DNA of 64,000 nt, taken from assembly GCA_976551045.1 (NCBI GenBank), contig CDPCPM010000104.1:1302001-1366000 (forward strand). The letters run 5' to 3'. This DNA comes from Glaucostegus cemiculus (taxonomy: Eukaryota). The translations under genes and the position numbers were made by a program. Shown here one piece after another: positions 1 to 13,125 of the stretch. A model generated the notes under the pieces. That model ran no database searches. It was not told where the DNA came from and worked only from the letters and a program-made list of their open reading frames with translations. The first letter of the stretch is position 1. The number at the start of each line of letters is the position of its first letter.

Positions 1-2054
1 TACATAAACAAAAGCATGCATTCACAATTGCATAGATATTGCAATTTCAAAGTGCAGTTCACCTTTCGGGCAAACACATGTTTATGGGCAGAAACACCTT
101 CCAATTTATATTCTTCCGTCATTATAATTGCTGCAGTAAATTATTTAAAAATGTATGAAATATAAATAGAGTAAACTTATACCTGTACACATATCTAAAC
201 AAATCAATCTATCACCCAGCAAAAGTTTCATATCTGCTTTAAATAATATCAACATTAATTCAGGGTACATACACATACTCAAGTGGATACAAGAGCACAT
301 ACATTGGATATATATAGAGACTTATTGAGATATTTGCCCAGAAAGATGCACAGGAATATTTTCAAAAACATGTTAAGGTGAGTTTTGAAGATACACAAAT
401 GCATAAAATATTTATGCATTATGTTCACGTCATTTTGAGAACTTGTGACATAAAGGTAGACATACAAATAGAAAAATGTTCTCAACTGCATTGAAACTCC
501 TGGAGTTCAACTGTTCACATGGAAGTGAACACCAGACCTGTGTACATGCCTCAAATGCAGAAATTACTGAGTGACAGGTGCCACTCACGGGATCCCAGCA
601 ATGGAGCACAGTCTTGATGGGACTCTCCACATCATGCTGGGGGACCAGCTCCAATCCAAACCCAAGTTAGACCTGTAATAGGGTCTGAAATGCATTGACT
701 TTAGTGGGGATTTTCAGGCTGTGGAATAGATTTTTAAATTACTTTTTTAATGTTGGTGATTTCTAAAAGTTTTAATATGCTCTTAATGAATATCAAGGAA
801 TTTAAAAACCGCGAAAAAGATTCAGATCTTTGGTGGGAGGCAAAGCTCTGCCTGCAGCTTTGGCTTCTGTCAAAGCCAGTCAGGGATGATCTAGGGGCGG
901 GGCCTTAGCAAGCGACATCAGAAGCGGCCAGAGCTCCAGACTTTCACCCTGGGTTCAGAGGGCACTGGGATTGCCTTCTGTTTCCAGCCCAAGTGAAAGG
1001 AGGGTAGAGACTGTGGAGTTGGGTCCAGGAATATCTGAATATCTGGCCCTTATTTATCAATTAATTGGGCACATTGGGCACACAACTCCCAGTTTGGCCA
1101 GAATTCCTGAGTCTGTTGAGTAATCCAAAACTAACCCAGAAACTGGTTAGCATTCAGGACAGTAAACCACATGGAATCCCACTTGTTGCAATCCTGTTCA
1201 TTTCTTTAACACTGAATTTGCCCATTCATAAAGCATAGGCTGTTAATTAACAAACTCTCTGAGAATTCTGTGGACTGTTTTTGGATTCTATGGATCCCAC
1301 CCCTGGGTGAAGACATATGTCAGGGTAAACACACTGATGCACGATGACATCTTAGGAATCAACCAGTTAAAATATTTCTGTACAATAGTGCAGAACCAAT
1401 TGTTTGTGCTGTGCTTCAGGGGTCCTGGGCCTATTTTTCTACTGCATAGGTGGCAGGAAAGGAAATTGTGGTTAGTGGGAACTCTGCAGAATGGTAATAA
1501 TTAATGAAAACAAAAAGACATTTCTTTTTTGCCTATGTTGTGATGCAATGTGCAAGCTTTGATTTAGATACTGGCCTCCCACAAAGAACAACAGCAGTTT
1601 GCAAAATAAATCATTTGTGTATGACTCTCCTGAGATCCAAGCAGTAACATAAAAGCACCTTATTACAGCTTTCAGAGATCCAAGTTATTTGCAATGGCCT
1701 TTAAATAAGCTTCTTAGTTCCACTGTGAACTCCAGGATTATGCCTCTGCCAAAGGATCATGTCTTTGCCTGTTTTATAGCCAGTAGATTCACCCCTTCTG
1801 ACCTGAAATTCTTGCAGAGTTGACTGCAGTAATCAACATTTATTTTCTTGACTCTCCCTACCACAAACAGACTACTTACACACTGAATTTGCCAATTCAT
1901 AAAGCATGGGTTGCTAATCGACAATCTCACTGAGAGTTCTGTGAAAGCTGTGGACCTTTGCTGATTGAAAAATGGAGAATTGTTGAAAAGTATCCACTAA
2001 AAGTACCTTGTTGGGTCTGTATTGGGCAACATTGTAAAATAACATGATAAAACC

Positions 2055-3880
2055 AGTACTGGGGCTCCCTGACACCTCCTCATACCTCCCTCTGGACTAT
2101 CACCCTGCCACTGAACATCAAGCCATTGTCTCCCAGACAGTCACAGATCTCATTTCCTCTGGAGACCTTTGCTCTGTAGCCTCCAGATTCTCAGTCCCCC
2201 CCCACTGTGTATTGTCCATTTGTAACTCCTCCCCAAGATCCACAAGTAGGATTGTCCAGGTGACTCCATCATTTCAGTCTGTCCTTGTCCCACAGGATGT
2301 ATTTCTTCTACCCTAACTTTATTCTTTCTTCCTTGGTCAAGCTTCTTTCCATGTACAGTATGTCTGTGAACCTCTCCACCACTTTGACAGTCTCCTCTTT
2401 CCTGGACCCAGCTGGCTTACTTTCACCATGGACCTTCAGTCCCTCTACACTTCCATCCCATACCAGAACCCTCTATGTTTGATTCTCCCTTGAATAGAGA
2501 CTCAACCAGTCCTCTTTTAACATTTCTCTCCTATCCTTGGCTGAACTTACTTTCACACTGAGCAACTTCTCCTTCAATTCCATTCATTTTCTCCAGATTA
2601 AAGTTGTAGCTATGGGAACTTACATAGCCCTAGCTACTCCAGTCCCTTGGTGGGCTACATGAAACTGTCCCTCTTTCAGTTCAAGTCAGGCCCCAAGCTC
2701 ACCTCTTTCTGTGATACATTGATGGCTCTCAACAGAACTTGGAAGTTTCGTCACTCTTGCTTCCAATTTCTACCCAGCTCTTAATTCCACATAGCCCATT
2801 TCTGACACTTCCCTTCCTCAACTTCTCTATCTTCATCTCAGAGAATAGGTTAGTTACTGATATCTGGTGTAAGCCCACAGACTCCCACAGATATCCCAAC
2901 TATACCTCCTCCCAGCTTGCTTCAAATACTGGCTCCATTTCATTTTGTCAGTTTCTCTAGGTTCACTGTATCTATTCCGACGACGAAGTCGCCTTCCAGT
3001 CCAGAGCTTCTGAGGTGTCTTTCTTTTTACTTAATTGTAGCTTTCCTTGCATCATGGTTAAAAGGACAGTAACCTGCATCCATTTTCCACAATTCTGCCC
3101 TCAACCCCACTTTTACTGCCCAGAGTTACAATAGAATTCACTTTGTCATCATCTTAGACACTACCAGCTTCCGCAATTAATAGATCATCTTCTGTAATGT
3201 CTGCCACGTTCAACATTGTGCAACCATCATATACATCTTCCCTTCCCCTTTCAGTGTTCTGAAGGGAGCATTCCCTCTGTGACTTCATGGTTCAGTCTTC
3301 CATCTGCACGAACACCCAACTGCCCTTCTCATGGCATTTCCCCATGCAACTGCAGAATATGCAACACTTGCGTTTTTACTTCTTTCTTTCCCACCATCTG
3401 GAGTCCCAAACTCGTTCCAGATGAAGCAGAGATTGACTTACACTTTCAATTTATGGGATTACATTCAGTATTCATGATATGGTCTCCTCTCCACTGGGAA
3501 AACCAAACACAGATTGGATAACTACTGTGCCGAACACCTCTGCTCAGCCCGCAACTATGACTCTGAGCTTCCAGTTTCTTGCTACTGTAACTCTCCATTC
3601 AACTGCTACTCTGACTTCTCTGATTTTACCCCTTCACATTGTTCCAAGGAAGCCCAAGGTAAACTCAAGGGTCTACACCTTATCTTCCAACTGGACATGC
3701 CATAGTCGCATGGACACAACACTGAATTCAAGATTCTCAGATAACCAGTTTGTGTCAGGACTGAATATGACCGATGAAAGGTCATCAATCTGTATCATTA
3801 ACTCAGTTTTTCTCTCTTCGCTGATGCTGACTGACCAGCAGGGTGTTTTCAGCATTCTCTTTTATTTCAGATTTTCAGTA
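2055..3880 (+). mobile_element. Decayed Penelope-like retroelement (RT, Cys linker, GIY-YIG, 3' end)
   Basis: Frameshifted remnants resembling KIHK..CPG, VAMGT..PSY (~2603), YID (~2715), KPTDSHRYPNYTSS, a C.CR.C.TC linker (~3345) and G.TK.RL...AEHL (~3495). Its 3' tail resembles the ends of the 41-43 kb element. Confidence 0.8.
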
Positions 3881-3989
3881 AGTAAGGTGATTTACTATTG
3901 GTTATTTGTCTTTCTTTTGAGTCACCTCCTCGTTATCGATCCCAGATATTCAGCATTTTGCCCAACAATCTGAGTCATTGTATACTCTC

Positions 3990-4125
3990 AAGCTGGGATA
4001 GATACAATTTAGGGCAATCAAGCGGGGAATCAGGCAGGAATTTGGAGTTGAGGCTATGATCTTGTGGTGGAACATGCTTGAATGACCATATAGCCTATTC
4101 CTGATCTTGTTTCTTATATTCTTAA
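3990..4125 (+). mobile_element. CR1-type LINE 3' end fragment
   Basis: ggcaggaatttggagttgaggc...gcctattcctgatcttgtttcttat, similar to 54420-54530 and 18840-18920. Confidence 0.55.
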
Positions 4126-4157
4126 TCGACTTGGATATTGATCATTGAAATAATGAT

Positions 4158-4460
4158 GGCACAGTTAGCCAAAAGCTATTACAGCACCAGCAACCAGGTT
4201 CAATTCCCACCACTGTCTGTACAGAGCTTGTACGTTCTCCCCATGTGTCTGCATGGGTTTCCTCTGGGGGCTCCAGTTTCCTCCCACATTCCAAAAAGGC
4301 GTACAGGTTAGGAGCGGTAGGCATGCTATGTCAGTACCAGAAGACTGGAGACACTTGCAGGCTGCCCTCAGCATATTCTCAGTAACACAAAAGGACGTAT
4401 TTCACTGTGTATTTCGATGTACGTGTGACTAATAAATAAATATCTTATAGATATCTTATT
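4158..4460 (+). mobile_element. tRNA-derived V-domain SINE
   Basis: B-box-like ggttcaattccc, core gtgtctgcatgggtttcctctgggggctccagtttcctcccacattcc and an (ATCTT)-like tail. Same subfamily as the 51.5-51.8 kb copy. Confidence 0.85.
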
Positions 4461-7400
4461 CAGGACACTGAAGGAAGTTTAAAATGCGTACAGAACTGTG
4501 AAAGTAGACATTGGAATAATAGCTGAGGTTCAGTATGTGCACTGTAGACCAGAGACAGCCAGGTGGGATGTAGTGAAGTTCTGAAATTCTTTTCCTGTTA
4601 CACTGGAGACATTACAATGAAAGTTCTTCATTGGCTGTAAAGCACTTTGAGAACACCCAAGACTGAAATAGGAACAATATAAATATTTTCTTTTATTCCA
4701 TATTTTCTATTATGTGTTGAAGAAACAGCAGTAGTAAAGGAGAAGCCAATGCATTCTTCCCAGAAAGGACACTGGAAGATGACCAGTGACATAACCACAA
4801 TGTCTGCAAGTTGCTTGCATATCTAAACTGTTTGGCAGCAAGCTTCATTGTATTGGGAAACACAAAGTAAAGAAGGGAACGTGAAGATTTAACTTGCTCA
4901 AATGGCCTTTTTAATTCCTAAAACTCCTTATGTCCTTGTAAAGAAAGGAAGCAGGCTGCAACTAATAAAGTCAAGAGCTTGCAACGCACAAGTAAATATC
5001 TGGAATGCCTTCATTTTTATAAGAGAAAGGAGAATGCTGAGAAGTAATGGGGAAATTCCACTGACCATTTATACTCAGATATAAATACATTTTCTGGTGA
5101 GATCTAACCCAAATAGCCCAGGGCACCAGGCCAGCAGAATGTGGTGTAACTTGCAGAAATCACAATGACATCAGCCGTTATCAATTCTGCAGGAAAAGCA
5201 TTATTTGGTAAATCGTCTGAAACCGTAAGGACAAATGATTCACTGATTGCAATCCAAGACGTGTTTTTATGTCAGTCTCGAAACACCAACCCAGTCCTGA
5301 ATCTCCACAACATCAGTCTTTCTCTCCCAACCACAGAAACAATTACAATAATTGGTTTACAGATTAGACTTGGTACAAAAGACAGGAAATGATCTTTTTG
5401 CAATAATAATAAAAATAGATGATTTATTCAACAGTTTGTGAAGGCAAAATTAAAGTAAAGCAGTAGAATGGAGAAGATTAATCATTGGAGTTCAGCTCAT
5501 GTGAATACGGAGACCAGGCATTTGGCCTAATGCCTGTCTCTTATGATATAAACCATGTGCAACATGTGTACTCTATATGATAAAGCTCTGGATAATTGTT
5601 GACTTTATGTACAGGTTAGAATTGTTTCCAGCAGCATACTAATATTGACAAGATCATCCAATTCATGATAATTAACCTCACTTGAGTTCACTGTTTAAAT
5701 ATTCTCCAAGAACTGAAGGCTTTGTTTCAGTTCCTAAACTCTTTCATTGAGGATGACCAACAAGCCTAAAGACAGAAATAAATTTTATTTGCTATACTTC
5801 TGATTTAGTGCAAAATGCTTCTTTATCTGTGCTTTACTGGAAGAAAAATAGGACTATTTCCATTCTGGAGAGATTTTCATATTTTACTGCTTCGATGGAA
5901 GAATTTGAAACTTGAGGTACACATTGATTATCACAGTGTTTAGCATTATTAGTTAAAATTCAGTGGCAATTGAACTAATTGAGTGCAAGCTGCAATATGT
6001 TCAAATGAAAATTATAACCTCATCAATGAGCTGCCCTGCTGAAATGGCAAAAGAGAGTCAGTTACTGTGAATTTCTAAATGTAATAATATTTGACATTAC
6101 ATGAGAGATAGAAACTAAACTCACTGCTCTGTTTGGGGATTAAATTCTGCCATCCTGACTCATCTAAAGAAGACTAATTGTAAGTAGGATTGGTTCCAAG
6201 CAAAGAAATAACAAGGAAACCATCTTCTGAGCAAAGAAATAGGAAGGAAGCCATCTTGACTAATTCACATTTGGAAGACATGTCATTGGTGCTAGAGATG
6301 GAGATGAGTCTCTCGTTCTCCTTTTTTTTAATGTAGGGATGCTGCCCTTGTGCAAGTCCTCACCCCATTCCATTGTTGACCTTTCTGATTATGAAGATTC
6401 AGAGAACCAAATATAACTGAGGCAGTTCTACTCTGCTCTAATGGAAAAGTTCTCCAAAATATTACTCCTGTGTGATTCTTCTCTGCTAAATAATTGTATA
6501 GTTATACTGAAGTTCATCTGAGATATAAGATCTTAAAGATAAGAAATTCCATGCCATGACAAGAATTCTTAAAATGTCTTAAAATTTGATATTAATGCCA
6601 GCGCAGGTTGTGGAAGTGGGAAGGAGTGAATACAAACATAAACTGGTAACTTTGAGAATATCTTCCTAAAATAATTATTTCTAGGTTCAGTTGGAAAATG
6701 TAATCAGGTAGTATCTCTCATACTCAAAAAAAAACTTAATATACATCTTGCTGGCAGGAGTTTAAATACTCTACACTTGCTACAGTGTGCATGTTTTGCT
6801 ATCAATATATCTGTCCAATCTTGCGCTAGTTGTTCCTGAGATTAAAACCTGCAATGTCCAAACACTGGTCAGTATGTACTCTTCACATTACACTTTCTTC
6901 CAAGCTGCAGCTTATTTATCTCATTGTTGTCCCTTTTTTCCACTCCATGCAACTGTTCTCTATTGTATTTCCTGTCTGTTCAGTATCTCCTTCAATAATC
7001 AGACTGCAAAGATTGCAAATGGAAATCAGTGAGGCAGTAACTTTAACACGAATAGGAAGGCAGGGAAACAAGAATTCCTTGTTATTTATTTTTGCATTAG
7101 ATCTGCTGAGAAAATAATGCTGTATTTAGTCTCTCCTTATCAATGTATGACAATAATGAGAATTGGACAGACATGAAGGGGGTAAGATTGAGCACAGTTC
7201 AAACTGCCAGCTTGCAGGTCTGTCATAAACGATGTAGAACTGGCTCTAAACCAAAAGTATAAGGCTAGATGATTAAGAAAACAAAATCGCTAATTACACT
7301 TTCAAATACAGCAATTTGCAGAGGATAAAATATCCATCAAAAGCAGCTGAAAGTGCAGGAGTTGGAAAGGAAACATTATATGACCTCCTGACCTCAACTT

Positions 7401-8084
7401 TCTTTACCAACTTCCTGCATTGTTACATGTTGAGGCCAGATGTTGGCCAAAAAGCTTGATCACCAAGAAGTCTTAATGTGCACGTAATGTTAATTTAATC
7501 AAATTTCATCTTGCATATTTCAGCTTTGATACTTCTATCATTCCTGTTACCATTACAAAGAGGGGGAAAACTGAAGTGACCTGGGGAGATTTTTATCTCT
7601 GTAATCTCTGTGATGTTTAAAAATGTTATGCAAAATTAACAAGAACAAGAAATAAATGTGCACCTAATCTTAGATTTAAACATAGCTCTGGAGGTTAATG
7701 AAACTGAGTGAAAAAAAAGCTTAAAAAAATTCCTTTCAAGAAAAGTAATGGAAAACAATTTAGGAGGAACAAAAAGGTTCAGTATCAAATCTTAAGGCCA
7801 TGGAGTAATCCATCATCAAACTGTATGGCTCAATAACTTGTTACTTCACACAGTTGAAAAGCTTTGTCCGTAAATTGCTAAGCACATTGGTGAATGCACT
7901 TCGGGTTGGAGAGTGCACCTAACATGTTGGGAGAATTCACTCTGATTTTCCATTATTAAATTAGAATTTTATAAGAAACCAATAATCAGAATAGCACATC
8001 AGCAGATACTATCATACTCTGCCTTTTAGATGCACTGACAGGAGCCTCAAGTACCATAGGCAATAATCTGAAATTATATACTTA

Positions 8085-8330
8085 GGAAGCTCTGCAATCT
8101 CTGAATTAGAAGGTTGCAGGTCCAAGCCCAAATAAATTAAACAGCATTATTTTAAGTAACACTTCAGTGGCAATACTGAGGGAGTAGTGCATAGTTCAAT
8201 GTTCTGAATTCTAGATGAGGCGTCAAACTCAGGCTTACTCTGCATGTTCACAAAAAAAACCTAATCACACTATGTGAAGGGTACTGACCAAGTGCTTATT
8301 ATATTAGATACTTATAGTTAGGTACTAGAT
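8085..8330 (+). mobile_element. Old Deu-domain SINE relic (SacSINE-like)
   Basis: aatactgagggagtagtgcat...gatgaggcgtcaaactcaggc resembles the Deu-domain core and the copy at 50.7 kb. Confidence 0.55.
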
Positions 8331-11300
8331 GGTTGGCATGGGCAAGATGGGCAAAGGACCATTTCTGCGCTGTATACTCTATGTGAATAGCCTGGCTTTC
8401 TGCTACTCTGTTGAATAATAGTTGTCCCCAATGCATAAAAATACATCAACTGTTCGCTTACTGTATTGGTCCTCATGGGACGACATCAACCTCAAACAGG
8501 AACCCCTCTGCTTACAAAACAAACGTTTTCATTTCAAAAGTCTAAGTAACTTATGTACCAAAGTCTTTTACAGCCAATAAGTCAAGGTGAAAGTTGCCAT
8601 ACAAATTAAATGTTGCTCTTTCCCTTCAGACAAAGCATAAACGTGATCAGGATCTGGACAAGGGTTGAATTCCATAGTGAATGTAGCTTCACATTCCTTA
8701 GTGAATGTAAATGCCCTGACATCAGTGGTTGATAGCACTCGTTCCACATAAGGCCATTTCCAATAAAAGAAAAGCTCAGTTCAACTCAAGTGCCTCTTAA
8801 CATCATGCCAAATGTTAGCATTATGAAGGTGACAGCAGCTACTTTGGCTTTGTAGTTGATCGCTCTCCCGATTCTGGGAAAGCAAAGAATTAGTCAGAAT
8901 TAGTCCTATTAATGGACTATTGTGAAGATGAAGTCACAGAGCCTGGAAGAGGGAGTATGTAAAAACTCAATGGCACATGACATTGACAATCACTGATAGT
9001 GAGCAAGATATTTTCTGCAGTGTAGAAGATTTCCTACAGGAAATGAGGCAACCTGCCAATATCTCCTGCCAAGCCTCAGCTTGCATGGGTACATCTATAG
9101 CATTATCATTTGGTTTCTCTGCTCGCCACAGCAGACTTGCTGCTTGGCACAGAAGCAGGACACAAGACACCGTAGTCAAACAATTCCTCTTCTTGTTGAC
9201 TCTCATCTGCATATCCAACATAGGAGAACATTGCAAAAATAATTCCCAACTGCACTGAATTCTTGAAAATGCCAAGAACATTCAAACTAGTTTAAACAAA
9301 GATTTTACAGCCTGAAGTTTGGCTTCACGCATTTCTGGTGTGCCAGTGGGAACTACATTTTGTCCTGAAGCCAAGTTTGTCCTAAAGGTATCACTGAATT
9401 GGGACATCTCACTTTAAGTTCCCTTTCTAGTTTTCTCCCACTTTACATGTGCAGCATATGTCAGGGAAATGACAGCCATGTTAGGGCAAATTGCGAACAG
9501 GGGCAGCACTTCTACGGGGTACAGCTACTTCAAAAGATGCACTTCTTTATGTGGGACTAATTCATAAAACACAGGCACAAGTGGTAGGTTAGCTTTATCA
9601 AGCAGCCTCTCCAGTAATCTTGATTCTATTTATGCAAAATTAATGCAGGCAGTGACATGTAACTTCTGTAACATGGTGGGAGTGTAATCTACTCATTTAA
9701 TCACCCTCTTTGAATTACCTGAGTTTATTCCTGCCAGCACTGCCTTTGACAATTTTGCTTCTCTTGGATTTTCCTCACAGTTGGTCTAAGTATAACATCA
9801 TCTCTTCAACAGCAATGTTACAGAAATTATATTCACATGTATACACAGATTTCCAGCTGCACTTCATGCAAAACCATGGTGGCGGCTAGTGGTAGTACTG
9901 AGGAAATACACATTGGAATGTCTACATTACACTACACTTTTGGCCACGATAACAAACTTGCTTCCAAAGCTGACCTACCAATGACAATTTCTAAGCTCCT
10001 TACTGAACTGTTAGTGTGTTTGATTTTTGAATGGAGTGCAAGAAAAGGAGCCAAATTTATGACAGACATGTCTACTAAGATACAATGCAAAATGTACACA
10101 TTTATGGACCTAGAATATGTTCACATTGCACAATAGTTTGTGTATCATGTAAAGGTACCTATAGCATGGATCATGCAGATGGATAAATTTGTTTCAGGTC
10201 CTCCATGCATGTGACATAATTACACATGGGGACATCCAGACTTCACAGTGATGTTAAGTAGTGTGCAGTGCAGTGTTGGACATCACTGGCAGGAAATTAA
10301 TTTGTGCAAAGAAATGTAGAGCAAACAACACTCATACAGAAACAGGTTTCATTCCGGCTCCACTACTTCTGTCTCTCCAGATCAATTCTCCTCTGCCCTT
10401 CACCAGTCACTGTGATCCACAAGCTATCTGCTTTCCATCAAAATAACACAGATAAGGGTTAATATTGCTGTTGGGGGCTCCCAAGTTGGTTCTCCATGTG
10501 ATTCAAGTTTAATGCCCCGCCTTAAGTCCAGAACAATTTCTAGGCCATGAACAACACTTCATTTGATGAATTTTCTGAGAAATTGGAATTATATATTTCA
10601 AAAGATAAAGTTCTTAGAAATGTTATAACGTTCTTCAAAATTAAAGAACAGCACCATCAGAAAATGAATTAACAATTACCTAGCTCTATTCACATTCTCA
10701 GTAATTTTCAGTCCTTCCCTTATCATCTTGGTCCTAATTAACTTATGCAATGAACCTGACCCCTGCTGAGAAACGTATCTAAATCCTCATTAAAATAAAT
10801 AACAATAAATAACAAAGGATACACCTTTCAGTTTGTGTAAATAGTCTTGAGTTCATTTGTTAATTTTGCACTTGTTTGGTCTTGTTCTGTGCTTAAACTA
10901 CATACTCCACCATCAGTTACATTATTTTCAATAAAAGCCCCGGTTGTTCACACTGGTAAAATCTGATAACAACCATAAGTGACTGATGTCACAGAATGCT
11001 GCTTTTAAGAAATAGGGGATATCCTGGCAATTACCAGGGAATGCTAGCAGTCCAATAACTAGGGCAGCTAACTGCTATCTATATTTTATTTATTTTTACT
11101 TTCCACCTACATTATCTCAATATTATTAAAGCTTCATGGATCCCTGCAATCTTTGGCACCCCAGGTTGGGAATTACTGACCTCGATTATTAATGTCACTC
11201 AACATTTAAAAATTGAATTATGATCTTGATGAATCACTTATTTGTATTAAAAAAAACCTGGCCCTGTAATATTTTGTTCACAGTTCAGAGCTTTAAATCT

Positions 11301-11599
11301 GGAGAGTAATCACTTCTGAGCACTCTCAGGTGTGTGTTTGTCCTTTGAAGGATAGAAAGGTGGTGAGGGTTTCAGTGAGAGGAAGTGTACAGATTTAAAA
11401 GCAAAGATCAAGTCCATTGTGAAAGATGGAATTGCTTAGAAATTTGTCCCTGGTCAGAACTGAAAAGTGCACTGTATAATAGTGGCAGTGCATTGAACTC
11501 TATCTCTGAAATTCAGATCTATTGACTCCAGTGGAACAAAACTGAAAGGCAGAGTACAAAATGCTATTGCTACTATATTACATATTACTGATCAGGAAT

Positions 11600-13125
11600 G
11601 AGCTTCTGGACCACAGAGCCTAATGCCAATAAAGCATCCTTGAACAAAATCAAAACAAGGAAAAGTGATAAAATTAAAGGCATTGTATCCAAATGCGCAC
11701 AACAGGCATAATAATCAAGAAGAGCTATGTCACAATTGGAACTAAAGAGATTTGATCTAACATACATTACAGATATGTCTTATCTGATATACAGCTTCTA
11801 CCTCACTGTTAAAAGACTATTGAACGGTTCCCTAGTATAATAAGATGGACTCTTGACCTCACAATCTACTTGGTTTTGACCTTGCACCTTATTGTCTACC
11901 TGCACTGCACTTTCTCTGTGACTGTAGCACTTTATTCTGTACTCTGTTATTGTTTTACCTTGTACGACCTCAATGCACAGTTGTAATGAATTGATCTGTA
12001 TGAACAGTGTGCAGGACAAGCATTTCACTGTACCTCAGTACATGTGACAATAATAAACTAATTTACTGATTTATGTGGCTGTATGGTGAGCAAGGTAGGG
12101 AATTAAATAATTTAGGGTACTTAATCTTAAGAAAGAACAAAGTGTAAAGCATTGCTTTAAGTCATAAGCCTGAAGATTCAGCGAATTTTAAGAACCAAGA
12201 TGGATGATCAAAACATTCATATATTAATAATAAATATAATAATAATTCAAAAGCCTTTACAAGTATGTAAAAAAAGAGTAAATAGTGGTCTCTCAGAAGT
12301 AAAGGCAAAAGTTGTAATGAGCGAGAATGACTCGGTTGGAAACAAATCCTCAAGATTTTAACAGATTTTATATCCATCTCTTCTATAGGATCTTGTGGGA
12401 TCAAAGAACATAATATGGTTAATATTACTAAAGAAAAATAGTACTAGAGCAATTAAAGGGCTGGAAGGGGGAATAAACCAACACATTTCCTGGATTTGGT
12501 AGCCTGCATCCCATTGATGACCAGGCAACAAATGTAACACTCTTTTTGAGAACACAGAGCCGGTGGAAACAGAGAACAATAGGCGATGTAGGCTGACATC
12601 AGATTATGGGAACTGCCCGAATTCACATAGTAACAGTAACCTAGAATATCACAGGTATGATTGAGCAGAGTCAACATGAAAGGAATATCATATTTGACAA
12701 ATGTGATAGAGTTCTTGATGTTGCAACAGGAGAGCTAAGGAGAAACCAATAGATCTAGGATATCAAGATTTGTAGAATGTACTTTATAATGTATGACATA
12801 AATGGTTGTTATATAAAGGTTCACAGGGTGAGGGATAATATATAAGACTGCAAATATATTGATTAGGGGCAGAAAACAGACTAGGAATAAGTGGGTACTC
12901 TTCATCATGTTGTGCTGTGATTTGCTGGTGTCACGAGGAGGAGTACTAGCTCTCCATTACTTGCATTCTACATTCACGATTTAGGCTAATGGACAGGGTA
13001 CGATATGTTCAAGTTTGCCGAAGATATAATCTAGGTAGGAGAGTGAGCTGTGTAGGAGTTGCAAAGAGAGATGGACAAATTAAATGGTTGGACGAGAGAG
13101 TGACAGAAAATAATGCAATGGCCGG
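11600..13125 (+). mobile_element. Highly decayed CR1-type LINE ORF2 (endonuclease start to RT), interrupted by a Rex1-like fragment
   Basis: Remnants resembling LY.NA and ITDMWL (endonuclease N-terminus), LTN.IEF (~12690), GV..G.VLAP (~12927) and KFAED (~13011). Confidence 0.65.
11779..12071 (+). mobile_element. Rex1/Babar-like LINE 3' fragment
   Basis: cagcttctacctcactgttaaaagactattgaacggttccct... aligns by eye with 38507-38790. Confidence 0.8.
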
